Shown piece by piece: positions 54,458-64,000 of a DNA stretch of 64,000 nucleotides. Below the pieces are notes generated by a model. It saw only the letters and a program-made list of their open reading frames with translations. It made no database searches and was not told the origin of the DNA. The translations under genes were made by a program, and so were the position numbers. Within the stretch, counting starts at the first letter, position 1. Each line of letters begins with the position of its first letter. This DNA comes from a candidate division TA06 bacterium 32_111 (GTDB taxonomy: Bacteria > Hydrothermota > 32-111): the NCBI GenBank assembly GCA_001508335.1, contig LGFX01000005.1, forward strand, positions 18,225 to 82,224. Reading direction: 5' to 3'.

Positions 54458-55258
54458 TTAGAGATACTGCAAAAGTTCCTCTCCAATAACTCCGGCGAAA
54501 AGTTCTATGTAAGGTTTTACCGGACTCGAACTTATTTTGGGGAAGAGAACCTCTTCTATCTGAAAGAATCCAACAGATTCGCGCATTAGAACAGTTATTT
54601 TTATAGGTTTTTTGATTCCTTTTTTAATACTAACAGTTTGGATTGCTGATGCTGAGTACTTATGGATATCACCAACCCTTGGTTTTCTTTGAATCATAGA
54701 TGTAATTCTTGCTCTACCCTTTTCCATATCGCAACCATCACCTATCAGGACAAGTCCAGCTTCAAGTGAGTTTATAATTTTTGTTGCCATGTGTCCTATT
54801 ATCCCTTCTATCACCATAGATCTTACGATAATCTGTTTTTCGAATTCATGCTGGTAAATTTTCTCAAGTATCCTATTTATTATATTTAATCCGATAATGG
54901 AAGAATAGATCTCATGGTTCTCTCTGCTAACACTCATTCCTATATCATGCAAAAGTGATGCTATTATTACGGCTACTTTGCTATCAATCACATTGCCAAC
55001 CCCTTCATTCTCAAGGTTGAATTTCACTCCAGCGTTTTGTAAAAGATCAAACATCAAAAGAGAGTTAAGACATGCTCTTTTCATATGAACAGGCCCATGA
55101 TCGTTGAATCCTAACCTTTTTATAGAAACGTTATTTGAGTAGTTCATCAGGTATTCGACCTCTTTATCCTGAAAAATTAACTTCGCTGTTTCAAGACATT
55201 TTCCATCCAGTTTTGAGATAATAGTTTTTTCGAGTTCTAACTCTTTTTTTGATTTCAT
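54458..55258 (-). CDS. HD-domain phosphohydrolase
   Basis: NDHGPVH, LLHDIG, GH, DGCD...GRAR. Confidence 0.85.
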   Translation of the reverse strand: MKSKKELELEKTIISKLDGKCLETAKLIFQDKEVEYLMNYSNNVSIKRLGFNDHGPVHMKRACLNSLLMFDLLQNAGVKFNLENEGVGNVIDSKVAVIIASLLHDIGMSVSRENHEIYSSIIGLNIINRILEKIYQHEFEKQIIVRSMVIEGIIGHMATKIINSLEAGLVLIGDGCDMEKGRARITSMIQRKPRVGDIHKYSASAIQTVSIKKGIKKPIKITVLMRESVGFFQIEEVLFPKISSSPVKPYIELFAGVIGEELLQYL

Positions 55259-55265
55259 ATCCACC

Positions 55266-55910
55266 TCAACTTAAAGATTTTATGTAAAGAAAAATTGAAA
55301 AGAAATGTGTTATCGACCCAATTAAAACGAATATGTGCCAGACTATATGGAAAAAGAAGAGTCTATCAAGAATATAAAAAATTGTTCCGAGTGTATAAGA
55401 TATACCTCCTATTACGAGAAAGATGAAGGATAATTTCGGTATGGACAGGAAAACCTGTTTTATCGCTATGATGATCATCCATCCCATCATTATATATATT
55501 ATGGTTGAAATCAAATCTGTTCTGTTTATAAAAAAGATTTTAAAAATTATTCCCAAAAGAGCGAGTCCCCAGATGACACCAAAAATCGACCAACCGAGAG
55601 GCCCTCTGAGAGGTAAAAGAGCGAAAGGAGTGTAGGTTCCAGCGATAAGAATGTATATTGATGTATGGTCGAAAAATTTAAAGATTTTTTTAACCTTACC
55701 TTCAGGAAAGGAATGATAAAGTGTTGAACTTATATAAAGGAGGATCAACGAAGCACCATAGATTGAAGATGAAACTATCGCGTAAAAATTTTTTACTTTA
55801 ACCGAGAATACAACGCATAGAACAAGTCCAGCTATGCTGAGCAAAAATCCTGTACCATGTGTAACAGAGTTAAAAATCTCTTCAATCAAACTCATTTTTC
55901 TTCTTTTCAT
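55266..55910 (-). CDS. Hemolysin III / PAQR (TrhA-like) membrane protein
   Basis: EEIFNSVTHG, STLYH, DHTSIYILIAGTYTP, H.VWH.FV...H. Confidence 0.92.
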   Translation of the reverse strand: MKRRKMSLIEEIFNSVTHGTGFLLSIAGLVLCVVFSVKVKNFYAIVSSSIYGASLILLYISSTLYHSFPEGKVKKIFKFFDHTSIYILIAGTYTPFALLPLRGPLGWSIFGVIWGLALLGIIFKIFFINRTDLISTIIYIMMGWMIIIAIKQVFLSIPKLSFIFLVIGGISYTLGTIFYILDRLFFFHIVWHIFVLIGSITHFFSIFLYIKSLS

Positions 55911-57270
55911 TTTTAACCATCCCGTAAATGTGTAGAATAGATGAGAATATAAGACCTGCGAACATCGGTTCAACAAGGTATAGAGTTGAATTTTGATCCA
56001 ACCTTCTCCTTATAAAAATCCAGATTATTGGAACAAAGAACCCAAAAATAATTTCAAAAAAGGTAATGTTTTTAGAGACCTTAACTTTTTTGTAATAAGC
56101 TCCAAGTAAAGGAAAAATTAGACCTGGTATGCATACTGAACCTATAAGGTACCAGAGGTTAACAACGGATGGGACAAAAATAGCGAGTATAAAGCCTACA
56201 ATGGTTGAAATAACTATTCCCCATGCTGTGGCTTTCTTCTGGTCTATACCATCTTTCAATTTTTTAACTATATCTAAAGAGAAGGTGGTTCCACTTATAA
56301 CGAGAAGAGAGTTTAAAGTTGAAATAACAGTAGCGAATATTGCAGCATAGAATAAACCTTTCAACCCTGAAGGCATTATTCTATCAGCAAGGAAAAGGTA
56401 TGACCATTGAGGGAGTTGAAGTGATGGGAATATTGTCCTTGAGTAGAGGGCTGTAGTTGTTGTTAAAAAATCAAAAAGTATCCAGAAAAGTATCGATATT
56501 AAGATTCCGTTTCTTGCTGTATTACCATTTTTTGCACTGTAGCACCTCTGATGGAAGCCAGGATCAACGAAAGTCCAGGATGCTATAAAAAACCACACGA
56601 TAACATAAAAGAAGGGAAGTCCTCCGGTAAAGGATAGATGCTCTTTAGGTAAACTTTCTCTAAGTATGTTGAGGTCACCAATATTTTTATAGGAAAACAA
56701 AAAGAGTAAGATGAATCCAGAAAACATAACGAAAAATTGGAAAAGGTCTGTTTTTATATCGGTTACGAACCCTCCTTTAAGAATAAATGGAAGGATTAAA
56801 ACAAGTGAAATTATCATCGAAAGTGTAAGGTTAATAGAAAATATTTTTGAAAAGATTATACCTAACATTAGAATGTATGGTGCTGGAGAGGAAAGTATAA
56901 GAACGATTACAGCGGATAGAATTGAAACTTTTTTCCCATACTCTTTTTCCATCTTTTGCGATATAGTTACAAGTGAAGTTTCTCTTATCCTTTTTGCGAA
57001 AAGAATAGCGAAAAGAAATCCAAAAAAATAGTAAGGGACTCCCTGTGTCACCCAGTTGACGATACCATAATTATAGGTGAACTCTCCTACACCGAGTATT
57101 CCACCATACCATGTTGATACATTTGTTGCTATGAAAAGGAATAGTCCGGTTTTCCTGCTGTTGATCAAAAAAGAATCTTTCCCTTTCACATTTTTTGATG
57201 CAAAATAGGAAATCATTAACAGAAAAAAGAAAAATAAAAAAATCACAAAAATATCTAAACTCTGGATCAT
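55882..57270 (-). CDS. Sodium:solute symporter family protein
   Basis: About 13 TM helices; STWYGG, GG...DIKTD..Q, DPGFHQRCYSAK, A..IST.NS. Confidence 0.88.
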   Translation of the reverse strand: MIQSLDIFVIFLFFFFLLMISYFASKNVKGKDSFLINSRKTGLFLFIATNVSTWYGGILGVGEFTYNYGIVNWVTQGVPYYFFGFLFAILFAKRIRETSLVTISQKMEKEYGKKVSILSAVIVLILSSPAPYILMLGIIFSKIFSINLTLSMIISLVLILPFILKGGFVTDIKTDLFQFFVMFSGFILLFLFSYKNIGDLNILRESLPKEHLSFTGGLPFFYVIVWFFIASWTFVDPGFHQRCYSAKNGNTARNGILISILFWILFDFLTTTTALYSRTIFPSLQLPQWSYLFLADRIMPSGLKGLFYAAIFATVISTLNSLLVISGTTFSLDIVKKLKDGIDQKKATAWGIVISTIVGFILAIFVPSVVNLWYLIGSVCIPGLIFPLLGAYYKKVKVSKNITFFEIIFGFFVPIIWIFIRRRLDQNSTLYLVEPMFAGLIFSSILHIYGMVKNEKKKNEFD

Positions 57271-57374
57271 AATTTTAAATTATAGTAATTTAGAAGGATT
57301 ATTCAAGGGAAGAAAAATTTTTTGTTAAACTCACAACAAATTTTAATTTTTCATAAGAACAATACATACAACTA

Positions 57375-57402
57375 TTGACTTTTTAAAAAGGTCATTTAAA
57401 AT
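57375..57402 (+). promoter_or_regulatory. sigma70-type promoter with an overlapping near-palindrome
   Basis: TTGACT-16-TAAAAT; TGACTTTTTAAAAAGGTCA dyad at 57376-57394; SD AGGAGG just before ATG 57425. Confidence 0.55.
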
Positions 57403-57424
57403 TTAAATCATAAAAGGAGGTATT

Positions 57425-60400
57425 ATGAAGAGTATTTCAAAAATTCTAACTATCGCCCCCCCCGATACTTACAGATAGTTTTTGTTTTCATTTTAGGTTT
57501 TGCATTAATTTTTTGTTTTGGAGATAACTTGAGTATTGAAGACATCAATTGTTGGGATTATAGTGATTTAAGTTTTGAATTAAATTTAGATAATATTCAA
57601 CAAGATGGTAATGATTATGGAGAAATTTCATGGAGTTTTTGCTATGGAATTGAAAAATCAATCTATAAATTAAAACATAAATATGATTTTGAAATCGCTA
57701 ATTCTATAGCGAATAATATAAATTTAATCTTATCTTTAAGGGATGATCGAAGAGGAGTCCATAGTTATATAGATAGCAGTGGAACAGAAAGAACATTAAA
57801 AACATGGAGAGGGTTAAAATATTCATTGATTGAAAGAAATGATTCATTGTTTACCTATAATATCCATATATGTGGTTATGACTCTTCCTTGGATCGTTTT
57901 ATTTATTATGGACCTTCTCATGGAATTCCTGCAAAATATTTTGCTTACCCAGATCTGGTTTTAACAGGAAGAATTTTACAAACAATTTTAAGATTTGTAA
58001 TTGCAATGGACACTATTGGCAAATGGGATGAAATTGGAGGTTGGTCTTACAGGTCAAAATTGATATATGATTGTAAAGAGAGTTATAATGAATATATTCA
58101 ATGGTTTCAGGATACAACAATAAATAACGATTCATATTGTGGGGCGTGGAAACACATATTTGATGTAATTGATATTAACTTTATAAATGATGAAGTTAAA
58201 ATTGACACTTTTTACCCACAATATCCTTTTAGAGCAAAGATGAGGCACCCTTTTAATAAAAATTCAACTATGGCAGATGCGGGACTATTTCTTTATGAGC
58301 TCACAAAAGAAAATATATATTTAGAACAGACGAAAAAATTTGCTCATTATTTCAGAAATAACATTGATGACTCTACTTTTGTTTTTGGAAATGGCACTGA
58401 TTCCACCTTTCTCTGGGCATATTCTGTCAATTATGTTAAAGGAAAAGCGGATGATATCTCTCATGGTGGACTTTCATTTATTTTTATGAACGATTATCAC
58501 AAAAAATTCCCTGATGATGTTTTTGGAAAAGATGATATGATTAAAATGTTCAATACAATAAAATATTTAATGGTTATTCCTGGTTCAGAAACTACAGGAA
58601 ATTATAGTTATTATCCATATCTTGACGGTTCTTATCATGATAGTTTAAAATATTTTCCTTTTTCCTCAGATCTTAAATATCAAATGTTTAAATTTTATGG
58701 GTTGACTGAATATAAACCCCAAACATTTGAGTTTATTACAGGTATTATTGATAGTTTCAATCCTGAAGACGGTTATTTTCAATATTATAAGAGATTTTAT
58801 ACTCCTTTTTCTGTAAAAATAGGAATTTTACCGGTGTCTGTTTTGCCTGTAGATAGTCAACAAATTGAAACTTTTGTAAATGGTGACAGGGTGTATGTTG
58901 AACTTAATTCGTTGTATAATTATACAGGATATAGAGATACCATTGTTATTGAATTATATGATCCAGATAAAAATGCTGAATATCATCTAAAGGATACTCT
59001 TTACAATGTTTTGAAAGGAATAACATATAAAATTCCCTTTGGTAATTTAGTATTTGATGGAGAAACACTTAAAACAGACACTTTAGTTGTAAAGGCTTAT
59101 GCATTAAGAGGTGGAGCGTTAAAATGTCCATTTTTTTCAGATACTTTACCTCTGGTAGCAAGAGATACAATATATTTGTTTTCTCCAACTGAAATTTCTG
59201 TTCTTAAAAATAATACTTTTAATGTTTATGCTTGTTATCGAAACAAGAATATCGATCTTTTTGGAATAGATAGTGTGAAAATAACAATCACTTATGATAC
59301 GGTAAATGATGATGGGTCAATTGAAAAAGCAACACTAATCAAATACACAGATAGCAATGGAAAAGCATACTTCAATTTAAGAACAAATACAACCTATCCA
59401 GTAATAATAAGAGCAGATAAATTAGGATATTTTACAGCGGTTGATACCTTGAAACCATTTATGTGGTCAACAACAAATGTTGCCCTGGGCCCTAGCAGTA
59501 GCACCCATCTGGTTAAACAAAATGGGTTACTTCATCTGGCTTATTCTGATGGTGATAGTATTGTATATGGTAGGAGCAAGGATTTTGGAAACAATTGGGA
59601 ACTTAAAAAAATTGGTAGTGGTAGAGATGTTAGTATAACGACAATTTCAGGTGGAATAGCTGCTGTCTGGAAAGATGGAGAAACATGGCAATATGCATAT
59701 TCAACATCCCCATGGACAGTTCCTTTAATACCGACTGTTATGGGATATCGAAGCCCTTCAATATTAGCGAATCCTGCTAATTTGTCACAATTATGGTTTG
59801 CAGGTATAACAACGGATCATCTGACAATTGATAATCAATGGACATTGCAATATACTTCATTTATGTATAATAATTTAACAATCCCTGAATTTATTCAACT
59901 AATAGGTGAAGAAGGTGAACTGGATAAAAACAATTATCTTGTGAAACCTTATGATTTTTCGTGTATAGGTGTTACCACAACAAATAATAAATTAGGACCT
60001 GAAATTGTCTTTCAAGATGCAAATGGAGAGATTATTAGAAAAAAGTTTGATGCTACAAAAAATATTTGGCTTATTTCAGAAAAGGTTTCAAATTCAACTT
60101 TTTATTCCTTTAATCCAGATGTTAACCTGAAATCATTTAATGATACCAACAAAATAATTTGGCAGGAATATAATGATTTACATTTTAGAAATGAAATATA
60201 TCTTGATAATTCATTTAAAAAAATTGTTGATAATGTTGTTAATGATATGAAATATCCACGTATTTACAATTCAATTATTACATATGTTGGAGATGACAAA
60301 TTGGTCAGAATAAATACTCAAGAATTTTCAAATGAAGTTGAGAATGTAACTTTAAATAAAGGATTGGATAGTTGTTTCTATCCTGTGTTAGTTGATTCTA

Positions 60401-61257
60401 TATCCCTTTCAATAGGACTTAACCCATCAACTGGGCAGGATGTATATATAAAAAATACTAAAATAAGAGCTTTATGGGTCGAAGGGCATAATAACCACTA
60501 TAAAATAGAATGTGGTGGAACAAATTTTAGGATTTATACTGATTCGATCTATCCAATACTGGAAAATCCAAGGAGTATTACTTTAACTGATACATTAACC
60601 AGTATTTCTGAAAGTGTACTGAGAAATTTTTTACCTTCGCCACAGAGTAGACAACCTATTGAAAGATTGAGTGCTCAAATAGAATGTCTGAATCCTGCGA
60701 TGGATTATCTACTTGAAATTATTACGACAAATAATAACAAAAATCAACCTTATGCATTAAGTATAGAAGAAGAATTTGTGAAGCTTATAGAAGGTAAAGA
60801 AAACAGAACATTCTTTGTTCTTGATAAATCAGATTATCAGGATGGAGATATAAAATTAAACATCGATAGGATAAGAGGTAATCCAAATAGAACCATAAAT
60901 ATTCATCTTTACGAATATGATAAAATAATTAAAGATTTCAGTGCTACTAAAAATAGTTATTTGCAATTTGGAAAAATTAATGAAAGTGTTGGCGAATTTA
61001 AATATAAATGGAGAGGAGCAGGATTTTCAGACAAAAAGATAGAATTTAATTTTTTGCTTCCTGAAAGTGGGTTGATTGAGTTAAAAATTTTTAATATAAT
61101 GGGTAGAGAGATTTACTCAAAAAAAATGAATGGTCAGAAAGGAGAAAATATCATAAGAGTTGATGGAAAAACAACTGGTTTGTCAAGCGGCATTTATTTT
61201 TATATATTTGAAAGCAAATATGGAAAGGAGAGTGGTAAGATTGGTTTTATTAAATAG
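57425..61257 (+). CDS. Large secreted T9SS-CTD-like protein, frameshifted at a C8 tract in its signal peptide
   Basis: ATG 57425 frame stops at TAG 57476-57478; adding one C joins it to ORF 57529-61257. Putative alpha-toroid N-domain (W.Y...DDISHG), Asp-box SKDFGNNW, CTD LKIFNIMGREI...LSSGIYF...GKIGFIK. Confidence 0.75.
57456..57463 (+). repeat. Poly-C tract (C8), candidate phase-variation site
   Basis: ATCGCCCCCCCCGATAC in very AT-rich DNA, exactly at the frame break. Confidence 0.8.
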
Positions 61258-61275
61258 AATTAAGCTAAAAAAACT

Positions 61276-61302
61276 ATTGGAGGGAATAAAATTCCCTCCA
61301 AT
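61276..61302 (+). promoter_or_regulatory. Perfect 12-bp hairpin covering the SD-like sequence and start codon
   Basis: ATTGGAGGGAAT-AAA-ATTCCCTCCAAT; ATG at 61301. Confidence 0.65.
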
Positions 61303-63400
61303 GAAATGGATGATACTATTGGTATTGATTTTGGGATCAATGGCATTATTTTCTGTAATAGAGATAAAGCAAGAAATACCATTTGGAAGTTTTGAGCCTA
61401 ATATTTATTCTCCCATTATTATAAATAGAGAAACGGATACTTTACTGTCAATACTTTGTTATACAGGAGACTATAATAATGCTATTTATAAATGGAGTAA
61501 ATATCAATTTGAATTTTTGGATTTTATTAAAGGCGGTTGGATAAGAGGAATTGGTGATTTTGATAGTGATGGATTTTTGGATTTAATGGGAATAAATCCT
61601 TCAGACAGTAATATGATATTTATAATTGAACAGCTATATAAAGATAGTATAAGTAAAGAGTGGACTTGGAAATTGAAAATGAATGAAAATGGGGAATATC
61701 ATTGTTTTGGGGTTACCTCATTGTTGAAAGGAGATGGGAAAAACAGGATATTTGGAGCGCCGAACCCTAATACAACTTATAATGACCCTTATGGCTGGTT
61801 TTATATGGATAGCGATAGTGATGATAGTTATTATTTCGCTTACAAAGATACATTTAAAAGAAAAGTTTATGCGATGGATATCGGATATATGGACAATGAT
61901 TCACTTTTAGATATTGTTACAATGACTCATTTAGGACACAAAGTGTATGAATCAAAGAATATGAATCAGGATTCATTTGTTTCGGTTTTTGACACAACTC
62001 TTGCTGGTACTTATTATGTTAAATTAATAGGGGATATTGACAAAGATGGCTATAATGATTATGTATTTGGTGGAAAAGCGTATGATCAATCTCCTGCCGA
62101 ATGGTTACATGACTTGTTTGAATGTGATGGTGACAATCACTATTTTAAAAAATGGAGTCGCTGGCAAAGAAAAGATTATGGACCATCAGGTTCAGTGGGA
62201 AGTGGTTGTGGGGGAACAGCAGGTGATATGGATGGCGATGGATACGATGAACTGGTTCTTTGTGCTGGATCTATTTTAGAGATATTCAAGGTAATGGGAA
62301 ATGATAGTTTTGAATTGATATGGAGTATGGATAATGATACATTTTCCGGAAGCAGTGTGATAATGGCTGATATGAATGGAAATTGCAGAAAAGAGATAAT
62401 ATGGAGTGGGGAATCAGACCCTCTTCTCCCATATACATATGGAATAGATATGATGAAGACATATATAATTGAGTGGAGAATGTTAAATTCTCCGGATACA
62501 ATAATCTATGGTAATACTATGGTTCCAGATTCTTTAACAAGTGATAGTTTTTTTATTTTCAACGAAGGGAGAGATACAATTTTAGTTGATTCAATAAGGT
62601 TTAAAAATCAGGAGTTTTTTGTCGATACTGAACTAACTTATCCATTAAAAATATATCCTGATGATAGTATGAAAATCAAAACAGGTTTTTATGCAGAAAG
62701 TACGGGATACTATCAGAGCGAAATGTATGTATATGGAGATAAAAACAAATATATAACAACATTGAAGGGAGGATTAGGAGTTGAATGCAGGATAGACAGC
62801 ATTAAAGCATCAGATGGTTTTGTAGCACAAAGTGGAGTTGATGGTGATGATTATGTAATAATATATTTCCATGGTCTAACCAATCAACCAAAAATAGATA
62901 GCAGTAATATAGATAAAATATTACAATTAAACAATGAACATTCATGGTTAAATATAGATAGTGCTTACTGGCTTCCTCGACTAATTCAGAAGGATAGGTT
63001 AAGGATAGAATTCAGAGATACATCTTCCACAGTATTGGTTGGAGATACAGTCTATCCAGATAGTTTAACAATACAGGAAACTTTATTGAAGGTTCCATGC
63101 TTTAATCCAACAGTAATAAATGGTAATTTTAGTCCGGCGGGAAATAATGAAAAAAAACTTTTAATTGAAGTTGAAAATAATGATTTAAAAATCGAAATAT
63201 CTGAACAATACATAATATGGAATACCCTTACTGAAGGAATGTTGATGTTATACGATATAACGGGAAGAGAAGTAATAAGAGAAGAATCTAAAGGGGGTAA
63301 ACATAAAACGAATGTAAAAAATTTAAAAAAAGGAATTTATTTTATAAAATTGAAAACACCTTCACATACAATTGTAAAAAAGTTATTGAAATTTGAATAA
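61301..63400 (+). CDS. Secreted FG-GAP/VCBS-repeat protein with an Ig-like (ASH) domain and T9SS-type CTD
   Basis: Signal MKWMILLVLILG...; GDFDSDGFLD, GDIDKDGYND, GDMDGDGYDE, ADMNGN; IFNEGRDTILVDSI; CTD LYDITGREV...LKKGIYFIK...KKLLK. Confidence 0.85.
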   Translation: MKWMILLVLILGSMALFSVIEIKQEIPFGSFEPNIYSPIIINRETDTLLSILCYTGDYNNAIYKWSKYQFEFLDFIKGGWIRGIGDFDSDGFLDLMGINPSDSNMIFIIEQLYKDSISKEWTWKLKMNENGEYHCFGVTSLLKGDGKNRIFGAPNPNTTYNDPYGWFYMDSDSDDSYYFAYKDTFKRKVYAMDIGYMDNDSLLDIVTMTHLGHKVYESKNMNQDSFVSVFDTTLAGTYYVKLIGDIDKDGYNDYVFGGKAYDQSPAEWLHDLFECDGDNHYFKKWSRWQRKDYGPSGSVGSGCGGTAGDMDGDGYDELVLCAGSILEIFKVMGNDSFELIWSMDNDTFSGSSVIMADMNGNCRKEIIWSGESDPLLPYTYGIDMMKTYIIEWRMLNSPDTIIYGNTMVPDSLTSDSFFIFNEGRDTILVDSIRFKNQEFFVDTELTYPLKIYPDDSMKIKTGFYAESTGYYQSEMYVYGDKNKYITTLKGGLGVECRIDSIKASDGFVAQSGVDGDDYVIIYFHGLTNQPKIDSSNIDKILQLNNEHSWLNIDSAYWLPRLIQKDRLRIEFRDTSSTVLVGDTVYPDSLTIQETLLKVPCFNPTVINGNFSPAGNNEKKLLIEVENNDLKIEISEQYIIWNTLTEGMLMLYDITGREVIREESKGGKHKTNVKNLKKGIYFIKLKTPSHTIVKKLLKFE

Positions 63401-63504
63401 AAAAAAACCCTGGGGACGGTGCTTGACTTTTTGACATTTTTGTTTTGAAAAGTTTTAAAAAAATATTAAAAGATTAGAATACTCAATCAGTAGTGGGAGG
63501 ATGA

Positions 63505-64000
63505 ATGAAAAAGATATTCTTTATTTCCTCATTGATTTTTTTGAGTTTGTTTATTTTTGCATCGAAGAGTTCATATAATTGGGATAAGATAAAAACATCA
63601 GAATTTAAAAATTTATTTGATCAAAAAAATTTAGAATGGGCAACAGATAGTTTAAATGTTGCAGGAATCGGCAGAGTGCCATATTTTGGAAGTGCTTACG
63701 ATGTTTTCAGAGTTGATAGTTTTGCTTATGTTTCTATGGGATACAGTTTTGTAATTTTAAATGTGAAAGATCCCCAAAATCCAGTTCTTGTAGGATTTCT
63801 CGACATGAGTGTTATTTTAAATAAAATTTTTGTTTTGGGAAATTATGCTTATGTGGTCGATTCCAGTTCTAAAATATGGGTTATAGATGTTTCAAATCCT
63901 TCTAATCCAGTTGAAGTGACTTCTTTTGATACACCTGGTGATGCTGAAGGAATTTTTGTGTATAAAGTATATCTTTTTGTTGCTGATGGTGATTCTGGAT
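63505..64000 (+). CDS. Secreted LVIVD-repeat protein, 3'-truncated (not in the ORF track)
   Basis: SD GGGAGG; MKKIFFISSLIFLSLFIFA signal; repeats FAYVS..FVILNVKDPQNP.LVG, YAYVVD...WVIDVSNPSNP.EV, FDTPGDAEGI..YLFVADG; open to the window end. Confidence 0.85.
   Translation, partial: MKKIFFISSLIFLSLFIFASKSSYNWDKIKTSEFKNLFDQKNLEWATDSLNVAGIGRVPYFGSAYDVFRVDSFAYVSMGYSFVILNVKDPQNPVLVGFLDMSVILNKIFVLGNYAYVVDSSSKIWVIDVSNPSNPVEVTSFDTPGDAEGIFVYKVYLFVADGDSG

Noticed and set aside
57322-57339. Rex-like operator TTGTTAAACTCACAACAA
   Set aside because: Too many mismatches to TTGTGAA-N4-TTCACAA in AT-rich DNA.
61160-61300. 47-aa N-terminal extension of the FG-GAP protein
   Set aside because: Overlaps the upstream gene; the signal peptide begins at ATG 61301.

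Overview
Very AT-rich, gene-dense bacterial chromosome segment from a probable diderm anaerobe. AsmA, an Omp85 protein, lipoproteins and T9SS-CTD-like proteins suggest an FCB-related lineage such as WOR-3/TA06; this is inference only. Most of the window is housekeeping, envelope and transport genes (recG, pheST, lepA/lepB, hemW, msrBA, a Btu/Fec-type ABC transporter, sugar-nucleotide genes). No rRNA, tRNA, CRISPR array, transposase or integrase was recognised. Two regions stand out. (1) 6.8-21 kb is a nitrogen/redox control cluster: a receiver-fused dikinase lacking the PEP/pyruvate barrel, NfnAB, a sensor kinase with an NtrC-family activator, and a perfect sigma54 promoter with tandem enhancer-like sites driving a Cys-rich mini-protein and two catalytically eroded glutamate-dehydrogenase (GDH) homologues. 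These are followed by head-to-head NADP-type and NAD-type gdhA genes that share perfectly identical inverted DNA tracts ending at the domain I/II junction (gene conversion or a possible invertible switch). The 3' UTR of the sigma54 operon is complementary to the RBS/start of the NADP-type gdhA. (2) 57.4-64 kb is an array of secreted surface proteins; the first is frameshifted OFF at a C8 tract in its signal peptide and the second has its RBS and start codon inside a perfect hairpin. Sigma70-like promoters show a recurrent 16-bp spacer and several genes appear leaderless. All calls come from motif reading by eye, with no database searches.
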